Below, one piece after another: positions 63,661 through 64,000 of a stretch of 64,000 nucleotides of DNA; position 1 is the first letter of the stretch, and the number at the start of each line of letters is the position of its first letter. The notes beneath the pieces were generated by a model that saw only the letters and a list, made by a program, of their open reading frames with translations, made no database searches and was not told the DNA's origin. The translations under genes were made by a program, and so were the position numbers. The DNA is from Botryllus schlosseri (Eukaryota), in contig CM119373.1 in the NCBI GenBank assembly GCA_051294905.1, positions 746,001 through 810,000 of the forward strand. Direction: 5' to 3'.

Positions 63661-64000
63661 TAGATACTCGACTTTGATAACGAAATACTCGACTTTGATA
63701 ACGAAATTTGATAACGAAATACTCGACTTTGATAACGAAATTACTAGACTAATCAGTCAGTGGCAATCTTGAAACTTGCAACAGTGTTAGATGACATCTG
63801 AAGATAGTCGCTCATCTGGGTATGCAACACAATCAAAATCAACATAGACCGTTAGCGGCTTTTGCGACAAATCCGTTACGCGCTAGGCTACGCGCACCTA
63901 TATACTCGACTTCAATAACGAAATTACCACCGTAATCAGTTAGTGGTAATCTTGAACTTTGCTACAGTGTTAGATGACATCATCAATATATACAATAGGG
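63661..64000. repeat. Tandem subterminal-type repeat related to 21113-21505
   Basis: ATACTCGACTTTGATAACGAA repeats plus a longer unit containing CAGTGTTAGATGACATC; runs off the window. Confidence 0.75.

Overview
Eukaryotic, AT-rich, transposon-saturated region of an animal genome. Short (~55-75 nt) GT-AG introns, a tRNA-derived SINE and the transposon superfamily mix point to a marine invertebrate, possibly a tunicate (inference). I see no intact host protein-coding gene. The only recognisable host-gene sequence is an intronless SLC38A (SNAT) amino-acid transporter pseudogene (56866-58249, -). The rest is decayed transposases (Merlin, PIF/Harbinger nuclease + Myb/SANT, P-element/THAP9, several hAT types, hATm, Sola2, EnSpm/CACTA), LINE remnants (CR1/L2-like RT; L1/Tx1-like ORF1), about 15 non-autonomous hAT-type elements with 8-bp target-site duplications (TSDs), often nested, and short satellites. 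The most notable structures are: (i) a ~3.9-kb core duplicated in inverted orientation (22736-27924 / 46330-51683) whose flanks fit a staggered-break inversion; (ii) a window-wide excess of exact 13-39 bp two-copy tandem duplications, some datable from the paralogous copies; (iii) composite, nested and chimeric transposons; (iv) an unassigned, apparently spliced Cys/His-basic-acidic ORF. I cannot support a claim of a new functional system from this sequence alone. Family assignments rest on motif recall, not database searches.
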